A stretch of DNA of 44,239 nucleotides from Mayamaea pseudoterrestris (lineage: Eukaryota): contig BROI01000015.1 in the NCBI GenBank assembly GCA_027923505.1, forward strand, positions 744,001 through 788,239. The letters run 5' to 3'. The notes under the pieces are model-generated. The model was given only the letters and a program-made list of their open reading frames with translations. It ran no database searches and was not told the origin of the DNA. Position numbers and translations under genes: made by a program. Shown in pieces: positions 22,291 to 31,638 of the stretch. Numbering within the stretch: the stretch's first letter is position 1; the number at the start of each line of letters is the position of its first letter.

Positions 22291-25200
22291 GGCGCTTCGA
22301 TTGGATCCTCCTCGTCGACAGTCTCAACGACCACCGCTGGACGCGACTCCTCCCCCTCAGGGACTGACTGTGCTTCCGCGCGCAGGTTGCGCTCCCCAGG
22401 CGTGAATGGGCGCACATTGGAACGTGCCACAGCCTTACCAGTCTTGTCGCTCAATATCCAGTAGGTCAAGGCGTCACCCTTGTTCTCGGCGATACCAACC
22501 CATCGGCCAGTACCTTCATTGGACTCAGGAAAGCTAGCCGACTCGCTGGCATCCAGTTCATAGTACACTCGTTCCCACCAATGAAATTGCAAGTAGGCGG
22601 AAATATCAGGCTTGACATTGAAGGCAGCCTGCAAAGGCGTGCGCCAACCGAGGGACTCCGTCGCCAAATGGTTGAACAAACCGACAATGAACAAGGCACA
22701 CAAGAGCCAAGAGCCAGGCGGCGATCCAGTGCGGTTCATAGCACCTTCAACGGCAACTTTGACCTCCTGGATGCGGCGCTCGGCAGGATTCTGATTCTGA
22801 TAACCAGGCTCACTCTGTTGATCCTTGATGTTGTACATGCGAAGAATCGTTTCAACTTGCTTGCCCAACTGCACGCGAGAATTGTCGCTCATCAGAACAT
22901 TGGGCGCACCGACCTCACGGATGAAGTCCTCCAAGGTTTGCGGCATCTCAAACTCGTGACGCATCGGGTAGGCCTTGGTGAGCAGGGTGGACTTGCCCAC
23001 ATAGAGCTGGATCATGCGTGATCCCCCATGACCGGTAATGCCATCATCAAAAGCGGCATGCTCGGAGAAGAACGGGTCGGTAGCAAAGGTGTCATCGACA
23101 CGGCGGCAATTCGCTCCAGGGAAGCGAGTCTTCTTGTGGTGGCGGAACGGGACGTGAGCCGACGCGCGCCAGAAGGCCGTCGTGTTTTGCAAGGTCATCT
23201 TGACACGGTTCAAGGGCGTCCAACCAAGGTATGGCCGGAGCGCAGCATAGTCTGGCTGACGAGGCTGGATGTTGCGGGCATTGGCCTGTCGAGAGCAAGA
23301 AGTTGACTGCGACGCAACAAACATGAGACGTTCAACAGCAGTCATATGCTCGCGATACACGACATTACCATAGTCGTCGCATCGAGCATCCACAAAACCA
23401 AGGTCTTCATCTCGCACTGGAAGCTCCTCAATCGCATCGTCAGTCCATTCATTGTCAATGGAAGTTGGAGTCCAAGCTTGGTCCGCCGTGAAATCAACAT
23501 GAGGAAGCGAAGCAATCTCCTCATCCGTCGGAGGACGCATATCCATATGCGGCAAGCCATCGCGAATAGCTAACGGAATAGTCTTGCCACAAGCCGTAAC
23601 AATGCACTGACGGCCGCCATGCAAGCGCGGCAAGTCGTCAACCGTATGGCCGAAGGAACGGAGCTGCGCCGGTGAATGAATCGACTCAGCGCCGTCATAC
23701 AAGGCATACTGATGGAAGAAGCCGACAATGGCGCCACACCGGGTCTTGATGTAGGCCGCTCCCGTTCCAATCTGTAAACCATCCACAGACATGTCATTGA
23801 GGCCAGTGACATTGCAAAGCGCGTCAGTCGTCGACATTATGCGCATATCACTGCCGGCGAGGCCACCATTGGCTCCGCCATCAACCAGCGCTCCATTGCT
23901 GGCGGTGTGTCCACGGGCGTGTTGGACACGGTACTGAATGGCACGGCAAGCACGGTAAGTGCGGCCATCACTGCCAAGGAAAGACTGAACTGAGGCACCC
24001 GAGCTTGGGTTGCGCTGCTGAGCAGTCTGTGCCAGGAATTCTCGCATAAAAGTGCCAGGCTGGGGAGGAGGAGTGGCGCCAGGGGCGACAGAGCCTCCGT
24101 CATTGGGAAACAACACAACTCCAGGGACTTGACTGCTAGCTGGAGCAGGAGCAGGAGCAGGAGTAGACGCCGGAGGAGCGGCTTGACCACCGCCACCTTG
24201 ACGCGCTGCATTGGCTTGGCGTTGCCGAGGCGGCGGGCGCGGGATCCGACTGCGTGCCTCCATCACTTGGGTGAGCTCCCCAGAATCTCGCAACGCGTTG
24301 TACCGGTCCTGTGACAAGAAGGACCAGGGTTGCTGCAACAGTTGAGCCAGAGTCATACTGTCGCCAGGATTGGGACGGTTGGCGTCGCCACCGCGTCCCC
24401 CATTGCCGCGGCCTCCATTGCCACGGCCTCCACCACCACCGCGACCAGCTCCACCGTCACGGCCTCCACCTCGCCCTCCACTGGATTGCTTGGCGGAATT
24501 GGCACTTCTTTTAGCATTAGACTTGGTCTTCTCGTTGACTTGATCCATTTCCAAGGCTTGGCGACACAAATGATTGTACAAATGGTCATAGTCGGAACCG
24601 TCGTCAGGGCTTGGCTCACCGCCGGCGAGAGACGCACGGTAGGCGGCAAAAGAATCAAACTGATTAACGGACGCCTTCATCTCGACATTGGCTTGCACCG
24701 CAGAGCGAAGCCATTGATAGCGCTTGGACTTGGTTACACTTGCCGGACGGAACTCCTCGAGCTGCTGAGTCAATTCATATTGATAGACAATGAACTTGTA
24801 GGCTCCTTTAGACCAGCTCGCGTCGAACTTGAGCGTATTCAACTTGAGCTCCAGTTCATCGGCACGTAGGTTGCCGGCAGTGCCACTGCCGAACTGCAAT
24901 GCAAGATCCTTGAAGACTGCCTGAGCGTCGAGGGTCTTGCCATGTTTTGTCAATATACTGTTGGCGCCAGGAACCTTGAGAATGTGACGGAAGGCGGTGT
25001 ACATGAAGATGTTCATATCCTCGAACTCGGCCTTGTCTCGGTCCGTTGACGGCTTGTAGGAAGCATCCAACACTTTGCTGCAGCCATGGAGGCGAGCGAG
25101 AGTGTGGACTCCTTGGCTCCAATTGTACCAATGAGCGGGGTTGCTAAACTCTTTGTAATCCTTGTGGTCGCGTTTCGACTTGCCAATGTTGAATCGAGTC

Positions 25201-25700
25201 GACTGGGCTTCAGTATCATTGGCGGCGACACTAGCGGCGGCTGTATTGCCCGAGGCGACGGCCTCAGCGAACTTTGCAGCGGCCTCCGCGGAACTCTTGG
25301 CGGATTCCACAGCAGCCAAATTGGCGGCGGCGACTTGCTCCTTCTCGGCAATCACGGCCGCACTTTCGGCAAGGAACAGACTCTCTTGGAACTCGGCAAA
25401 CATGTCGGGTGACAACTCCAGCCAAGTCTCGAACGTCGGGTTGGCTCGACTGGCGTACCAGGCCTTACAATCTTCGACGGTCGTCCGCTCAGACTCAACA
25501 AGAAACATTGCTTCATCATCGTCGGGCACTCGATACTCCGATGACAGGACTTCCTTGGACATTCGAAGCATGAGGACGGGCGTTGTAATTCGCCAGCTTG
25601 CAAATGCTGCAGCATAACAAGGCGCTGCAAGCACTGTGGCGAACAAATGGTCCATGACTTGCTTATCCTTGGCGGCGCGAGTCGTCATGGTCGTCGACAT
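22113..25700 (-). CDS. Inner element gag-protease-integrase polyprotein (about 1195 aa; last ~60 aa lie in decayed sequence)
   Basis: Uninterrupted ORF with protease ALVDGGANGG, integrase FATDPFF / LMSDNS / QNPAERRIQEVK and GRWVGIAENKGDALTYWIL; RGG-rich segment at the end of Gag. Confidence 0.95.
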   Translation of the reverse strand: MSTTMTTRAAKDKQVMDHLFATVLAAPCYAAAFASWRITTPVLMLRMSKEVLSSEYRVPDDDEAMFLVESERTTVEDCKAWYASRANPTFETWLELSPDMFAEFQESLFLAESAAVIAEKEQVAAANLAAVESAKSSAEAAAKFAEAVASGNTAAASVAANDTEAQSTRFNIGKSKRDHKDYKEFSNPAHWYNWSQGVHTLARLHGCSKVLDASYKPSTDRDKAEFEDMNIFMYTAFRHILKVPGANSILTKHGKTLDAQAVFKDLALQFGSGTAGNLRADELELKLNTLKFDASWSKGAYKFIVYQYELTQQLEEFRPASVTKSKRYQWLRSAVQANVEMKASVNQFDSFAAYRASLAGGEPSPDDGSDYDHLYNHLCRQALEMDQVNEKTKSNAKRSANSAKQSSGGRGGGRDGGAGRGGGGGRGNGGRGNGGRGGDANRPNPGDSMTLAQLLQQPWSFLSQDRYNALRDSGELTQVMEARSRIPRPPPRQRQANAARQGGGGQAAPPASTPAPAPAPASSQVPGVVLFPNDGGSVAPGATPPPQPGTFMREFLAQTAQQRNPSSGASVQSFLGSDGRTYRACRAIQYRVQHARGHTASNGALVDGGANGGLAGSDMRIMSTTDALCNVTGLNDMSVDGLQIGTGAAYIKTRCGAIVGFFHQYALYDGAESIHSPAQLRSFGHTVDDLPRLHGGRQCIVTACGKTIPLAIRDGLPHMDMRPPTDEEIASLPHVDFTADQAWTPTSIDNEWTDDAIEELPVRDEDLGFVDARCDDYGNVVYREHMTAVERLMFVASQSTSCSRQANARNIQPRQPDYAALRPYLGWTPLNRVKMTLQNTTAFWRASAHVPFRHHKKTRFPGANCRRVDDTFATDPFFSEHAAFDDGITGHGGSRMIQLYVGKSTLLTKAYPMRHEFEMPQTLEDFIREVGAPNVLMSDNSRVQLGKQVETILRMYNIKDQQSEPGYQNQNPAERRIQEVKVAVEGAMNRTGSPPGSWLLCALFIVGLFNHLATESLGWRTPLQAAFNVKPDISAYLQFHWWERVYYELDASESASFPESNEGTGRWVGIAENKGDALTYWILSDKTGKAVARSNVRPFTPGERNLRAEAQSVPEGEESRPAVVVETVDEEDPIEAPSGAPSNGGSSFNLESGAELAGLNLGSGTNHVPFFSPDELRGCTVLLDEMDGSVCTTPL

Positions 25701-26100
25701 TCTTGTCAATCAATCAATCAATCAATCACTTGGATGAATACCTCGCTTGCGGCGCGAGTCGTTCCAGGAACAATGGCAATGGCAGACGAGACGCGGCAAG
25801 CAGTCGGTCGGCAGGAGACTCCTTTTGAAGAACTGTTTATAACTTGACACCGAGTATTCGAACGGCGGCAGGCGACAGCAGGATGGTCTCTCGAGTGCTA
25901 AAGGCCAGTAAATCGAATGAGATAGACTGGTTGAGTAGCACCGTTCAATTAATCAAACAAAGATTCAATTGAACAAAGGCAAAGGCAAAGGCAATGGCAA
26001 AGGCACAAACGAGGAGGATTCGTCAATCCGTTTCGTCGTCCAAAAAAGCAATCAAAACAAGCCAAACAAACCACCACACTCGAGGTTTAAGGCAAGATCA

Positions 26101-26114
26101 CAAGACTGTTAATC
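26101..26114 (-). promoter_or_regulatory. Primer binding site of inner element, complementary to a tRNA-Asn(GTT) anticodon arm
   Basis: Plus strand reads CAAGA-CTGTTAA-TC directly against the LTR, i.e. tRNA positions 27-40 with a GTT anticodon. Confidence 0.75.
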
Positions 26115-26358
26115 TGATAAGATGTAATTCAATAGCACCAGTCCAATAGAAGGCGAGCAGCTAGTATAAAGGCGATCAACCCTCTACAACAAGCAACAAG
26201 CAAACAACAAACCAATTTTTAGTAGACTGACTTAAAAAACAAACCACTCGAGGCAAATCCTTGATCGTGGACTGTCTTGTTTGCCCGTTGACACCGTAGT
26301 CATTTAGTCATAGGCTTAAATAATCATGTACACTGGTCACACACTTCAACTTCAATCA
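26115..26358 (-). repeat. 5' LTR core of inner element (terminal repeat may extend to 26436)
   Basis: Identical to 19833-20076; identity continues 10 bp further to 26368; the TSD is reached only at 26437. Confidence 0.85.
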
Positions 26359-26436
26359 TTCCCGTTTCGAACATGGTATTCAATAACGATCCATGTCGCA
26401 TAAGACGCAGGCTCTCCATTCGCCTACATCGCGTCA

Positions 26437-29400
26437 CGCTGCCCCCTGCTCCTCTGGAAGGACGCCCCGTCGAAACTGAGGAGCACTTGCAACGCAGTCT
26501 TCATTATCTCCATGGTCGTCGTCAATTGATTCCACGCTCGAGTCGCTGTCAGAACCGGAGCGATCACGCTGAGCGTTGGTGTCGTTCCGCGACCGTTTGC
26601 GACGGTTTTGGCGTCGACGTTTTCTGCTCCTAGCAGACCCTCCTCCATCAAGCTGTCGTTCGAGTAAAAGATCAGTTTCTTTTATAGCAATTAAACTACA
26701 AACTTCCTCATCGTCGCGGCGTGGTTGGACCACGTTTCGAATGAGCTCGCGCCCCTTCTCCCAGACGCCTTCCGGGGTCGTCCAGATGCGATACGTAAAC
26801 GCGTCGCCGTGATCCCAAGCAATCCCTACAAAACGTCCTGGAAGAAAGTTCTTGTGAGGAAAGCTTGCAGTCGGTTCATAGTACCAGACTGGTTGCCAGA
26901 AACTGAAGCGAAAGACTGATATATCGGGAGTCATCCCATACATCCTTTCGTGTGGCGTGCGCCATTCGAGTTCCTTGCGCGCCGTGAAATTGAGGCAGTC
27001 GATAACAAAGAGCAAACAGTAGCACCAGAATACAAGAGGAGCTTGTGCCGCGCGCAGTACAAGTATGACTCGCTTCTTGACAAGATGGACTGCTCCTTCA
27101 GCTTGATTCTGCTGCTGGTTGTGAGGTACCGTATTTTTTTGTCGAACCGCAAGGTTGCGACTGGTCGCTGTCCACTTCTTTCCAATCTGCGTTTGAGCAT
27201 TATCAGTGATAAGAACGTTAGGAGCGCCAATGTACCTTATAAAATCCTGATAGGCGCCATGCGATTCAGATTCCTTGCGCATGCAACGCGCAAACAGAAA
27301 CTTGCTTGTCACAGCGACAAAGATTTGGACACACATGTAACCTCGAATGGATTTTATACTGTAGAGAAGAAAGTATCCGAATCCGTGCGTCCTTCAACAC
27401 GCCTTGGATGCAAAGCAAGCAAGCGTTGTTTACGATGCTGTCGGGGACTCTCTCTATTCTCCATCTCGACGGGAGCTTCGCACAACTGCGTAGTCGCCTC
27501 CAAAGTCTTGGCAGCAACGAACTCAGGACAGTTTCCTAATCTGATTCGCCAGTCGGCCTTCTCTGGGATTGATTCTGCAGGCGCTCGCCTCGATGGTGTA
27601 AACTTGTGTCCGGATTCCAACCCGAACTTTCGCGGTATGAGCCACAGTACGTTTATCTCTGTTAGCTCCTTCTGTGTTGGCCTGCGTATGTAGAAGGAAA
27701 GAGTCTTTTCGTCGACGAAATCGAGTTTAATAGTCGTTCCTTCTACCTCAATGAGTGACGCTCCGCCGTCGCGCTCAGCCTTGTCTTCAACCGTAACACC
27801 TGCCTCGCGTAGCATGTGTGAGTTGAATAGAGACTCAGTTTGAGCAGGCGACTCGTCCCACGCGGCGCTTCCAACTCCAAGAAGAATAGGTCCTTTGCTG
27901 GGGTGCTCATAAACGGTCACCGCACACACGATTGGCAGCCGCTTGCCTTCCATTCCTGTCAATGCGCCATCGACCTTGGCAGACATGTTAACCGCAGCAA
28001 TAACCTCCCATCCAACGCCACCAATGATGTTAATTTCCGACCCTGGATCGATGATTGCCCGGGGTCTGTCCGCCGAGCGTCCTCGACGACTCCTTGGGTT
28101 GCGGCGAGTCTTCGCCGCAAGCTTCTTCGTTGCCTTCTTCCTCCTGCGCGAGGACTTGCTAACGGAAGACTCATTCTGATCGGCCTGTTCATTAACACCA
28201 TCATCTTCATCATCGCTACACGAGTCTTCGGCGTGTTCGTCCTCATCCTTGAGGAACACCTTCAAAGCAGAGTCTCCAAGACCGGTAAGCTTCGTTTTGG
28301 TTTGTCGCGCCTTGACGGACGGCGCACTGACCGTCGCCACTCGACGACTCTTTAAACCACGCTTTCCGCTCTTGCGAGCACTCTTCGGGGTAGCGGTGTG
28401 GCTCTTGTTGGATCCTTGAGTAGCCCTATCATTGTTGTCGCCGCCTTGATGGCCGCCGGCATCTGGATCAGGGATCAACTCGTCAGGACGAATTTCTCTT
28501 CCTTCGTCATTTCGAATAGCGCGCCACTTCAACAGATTCTTGCGAATATGATCTTGTTTAATGGTGTTCAATAGGAAATTCGGAATGAATGGAATAGCGT
28601 TCCTCGATCCATTGTTATTCGCGCCCCCAGGAGCGCGGCGAGCCTTGGTCGAAGGAGTGTGTGTTCCTGTAGCGTTCGCCTTGTCTACAAGATCTTGCTC
28701 GCGCCCTCTGATAGCTTTAACAGCATCATCAAAGGTTAAACCAACTTGGCGCTTCATTCCTTGAACGACGACGTCGTAGTCTTCGTCCACAATGCCTTCT
28801 AAAAAATCTTGCAACTTGATCGAGTCCGTCAAACCAGCGTTGAGCGAGTCGAGCTTGCGAGAACTTGTCATGAAGGTATTAATGTAGCTGCTAGCCGTAC
28901 AGTCCTCGTCCAATCTAGCATCCTGCAATTTCTTGCGATGAAACTGAACGAGTGAACGCCCCGTTACTGGCGACGTGTACCAGTCGACTAACTTTTTCCA
29001 AGCGATGAAACCGTCTTGATTTTCAACACCCTCGACAATGTGATACGCATCACCATCGGCGACGGCTCGCGATAACATTGAGTAAAACTCTCTGCTTGCC
29101 GTCTGCGCGTTCGCATTGTCCGCGGCCGGCTCTGTCGTCAACAGCGTCGAGTACAGCGATTGATTGATCGTGTCCCTCGCTTTGATCTCCCAGCGCTCCC
29201 AATCCATAATGGCTCCCGAAAACGGATCCAAAGGATTCACCGTAATCCTAAGATTGTTCTTCGGGCGCCGCAGCACCGCCGCAGGCGCTCCAGCTGGTTG
29301 CTGAGGATTGCCTTGATTCGACAGGTATTCGCGAATGGAAGGAATCGTCGTCTCCACCGTTAGCTCTTGTCCCCTGAAAACGTAATCGCCAATGAGCTCA

Positions 29401-29558
29401 AGCTTGCGCCGAACCATCACAGGAGCTTGGGGTAAAGCCTCCGTAATGTCGAGGCGAGATACGATGCCAAGATCGTCTTTAGAGATGATTCCACCTGCTG
29501 CCAAAGCAGCAACGTACTCGTCCGTCAGACCAGCCAAAGCGATGACGATTGCCTCCAT
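26437..29558 (-). CDS. Outer element gag-protease-integrase; frameshift at about 27355
   Basis: Gag core (DGFIAWKKLVDWY), protease AIIDPGSEINIIG, integrase RTDSDTFFS / LITDNAQ / QNQAEGAV and GRFVGIAWDHGDAFTY. Removing 2 nt from ACAGTATAAAATCC gives TFFSTVKSIRGYMCVQIF. Confidence 0.93.
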
Positions 29559-29600
29559 GTTTATCTTTCTGGTTTCGTTTGTGACAGTGATACAGACTAC

Positions 29601-29611
29601 GTCTCATAAGC
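29601..29611 (-). promoter_or_regulatory. Primer binding site of outer element, complementary to a non-initiator CAT-anticodon tRNA arm
   Basis: Plus strand reads GT-CTCATAA-GC directly against the LTR, i.e. tRNA positions 30-40; it lacks the GGG/CCC stem of initiator tRNA. Confidence 0.7.
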
Positions 29612-29852
29612 TGATAAATAGCTGCTACTCTATCCTATAGACTGTAATGGCCCGTTAGCGCCCAGGACAGAAGATAGCAACAACCCGAGTCCTTTCGAAC
29701 AACAAGTGGTCCTCCGTCCCGTATTTCTAGTTGAGTTACCGCTATACTAAACTCGTCTCCGTCGACTAGTTAGTATCGCCTTCAGTGTACTCGGCCAGTA
29801 CCGTTGCGTCAGTTGCAGCGTGTCACACTCTCCGGAAACCTAGTTTCTATCA
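29612..29852 (-). repeat. 5' LTR of outer copia element
   Basis: 241 bp, identical to 17181-17421. Confidence 0.97.
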
Positions 29853-30300
29853 TGTAGGCGACGCAATCAAGACTTTACCGGCAGCTTGCTAGAACGCTGG
29901 AACAATTGAAGCTGTGATTAATTCAGTCGCCTGTTTTGAATTGAGAAGATCAGCAAAATCGCGTTGCAACAGCCAAGTAGAAGCAAATGTAGGTGCACAT
30001 GCTTTCGGCGATGCATCATGCGTGATTCAATCGGCAATTGGCACGCGCAGAAAGGATGTTGGTGGATGAATGCTTACTCTTGTAGAATGGACGATAATTC
30101 AAAGCACGCTCGACGATATTGGAACCATAGCTACCAGCACGCCTGCGCAGAGTTTCTCGTCGTCAGCATTTCACCGTCGCGACGAGTTGCCCAGCCAAGA
30201 TCAAATCTGCTGGAAGTTTCACTACAATTACATAAAAGACGTTCATTCATTAACAACATTATTATCAATTAATGTTCCAATAGCGACTCTCCTTTCACTC

Positions 30301-31299
30301 CTATTTGTCCGTCAACAGTGACAATGATGCAGCGGCACATACACCAGCTCCAGCAAAACACAAGTACTTTTGGATCTTGGTCGAAAGAGGCGTCGACGAA
30401 ACGTTTGACTTGTTAATGCGATCTACCATGCCCGAGCCGCATGCCGCCAAAGCCCAAGCAAGGGTTGCTCCATACGCTGGTGTTCCATGCGTCAATGTGA
30501 CTGCGACGCCAAGTGCGCTCGCTAAAATAACCGATGCATGTCCTGCTAGAGCCACCAGGTTATCATTGTCGCATACAGCCGCAACGGCTGAGTTCAAGTT
30601 GACCAGAGTGGCAGCCGTCAGCCAACCAAAATGCATGGTGAGCGGCACCATTAGCAAGTGACCTGCCGCAAAGGCATTCACTTGAGACATGGAGTAGGTT
30701 GCTCCGGCAAGCATAGCTGGACTCAAGAAGGTCGTCCAGCTCTTGCCGTCGAACGATTCCGGTCTAAATGACGCGCACCAAAGTGACTGAAACAAGTTCA
30801 TGGCCGCAAAGGGTGCCGTAATGTGAGGCAAAATGATTGGCGTCGCGCCGGCAAGCGAGGGAATGCACTGGGCGACGCAAAAGATTGTTTCGCCAAGGTA
30901 TATGGGACCCCAGATGCTAAAGGCCCAAGGTGATGGTGTGATCAATGAGCGATCGCGAGCCTTGACATATGGAGAATGAAGGCCTGTCACGGCATCCTTG
31001 ATGTCGTTTTTCAACGCATCCGCATAGCTCGGGTTCGCGTTTCCATGTCGCATACTCACCTCATCCGCACCATCCAATCGTCCGGGAATGGAAACTGTTG
31101 TGCAATTAATGACAAAACTGATAATGTTGGTGGCAAATAACGGGAGAGCTGCATTGCTTGCTGCTCCCATGGGCAACAAGGTGGAGCTTAAGTTGACGTG
31201 CGCGATTGGCAATCCATACAAGACTGCAGCGCCAGCTGCCGCCGTGAGGCTTGGATTGCTGACAAAGGCAGAGAAGGGAGATTGATTACGGAGGCTCAT
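30301..31299 (-). CDS. Multi-pass membrane protein, tryptophan-rich sensory protein (TspO/MBR)-like
   Basis: SLITPSPWAFSIWGPIY motif, LTMHFGWLTAATLVNLN and several hydrophobic helices; intact 332 aa. Confidence 0.7.
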   Translation of the reverse strand: MSLRNQSPFSAFVSNPSLTAAAGAAVLYGLPIAHVNLSSTLLPMGAASNAALPLFATNIISFVINCTTVSIPGRLDGADEVSMRHGNANPSYADALKNDIKDAVTGLHSPYVKARDRSLITPSPWAFSIWGPIYLGETIFCVAQCIPSLAGATPIILPHITAPFAAMNLFQSLWCASFRPESFDGKSWTTFLSPAMLAGATYSMSQVNAFAAGHLLMVPLTMHFGWLTAATLVNLNSAVAAVCDNDNLVALAGHASVILASALGVAVTLTHGTPAYGATLAWALAACGSGMVDRINKSNVSSTPLSTKIQKYLCFAGAGVCAAASLSLLTDK

Positions 31300-31638
31300 G
31301 GTAAATACACCTTGTTTTGTGCGTTGGATGAAGAAAGAGCCTCTGCGCGTGGAAGATCGAAGGACGCGATTGGAAGACCAGCGCGACGCGGATTGGATTG
31401 GATTCGAAACTTTGTGACGCGTGACGCACCTGGCGACGATGAGAGGCCTTTCGAACGATTGAATCGCTCATTTAGCTATGTATTACATGTTTATTGATAG
31501 CAACGATGAGGCCCTACCTTGCCATGTAAAGAAACTGCTGATCGTTAACATCATATATAGTTCTATGTTGCATACAACAACAAGGACGTGAAATCATCGT
31601 TGTAATTGTTGCCCAGTTGCCACTTTATTGATTGCACC

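Larger units (their letters stand above)
19833..26436 (-). mobile_element. Nested Ty1/copia (CoDi-like) element of a different family
   Basis: Flanked by the 5-bp TSD CGCTG (19828-19832 and 26437-26441); 254-bp identical direct repeats 19833-20086 and 26115-26368. Excision restores the outer frame EEQGAA-DAATTGNQNKRVRF. Confidence 0.95.
17181..29852 (-). mobile_element. Ty1/copia LTR retrotransposon (diatom CoDi-like), outer element, interrupted by a nested element
   Basis: Identical 241-bp LTRs with TGATA...TATCA termini; gag-PR-IN-RT-RH order on the minus strand; TGTA duplicated at 17177-17180 and 29853-29856. Confidence 0.97.

Noticed and set aside
26084..26120. A tRNA-Asn gene
   Set aside because: Only D-loop-like and anticodon-arm pieces are present, with no T arm or acceptor stem; interpreted as a PBS.
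26420..26428. 9-bp match (TGTAGGCGA, reverse strand) between the inner element's extension and the outer element's right flank at 29853-29861
   Set aside because: Too short to exceed chance in 44 kb and implies no mechanism.
27340..27365. Programmed gag/pol frameshift or readthrough in the outer element
   Set aside because: The break lies inside the integrase core just after the first catalytic Asp, not at the gag/pol boundary, and has no slippery heptamer. A 2-nt TA duplication explains it.
26950..28355. Antisense ORFs in the outer element (247 and 171 aa) as extra or env-like genes
   Set aside because: They fully overlap conserved integrase and protease codons and show no motif or TM pattern.
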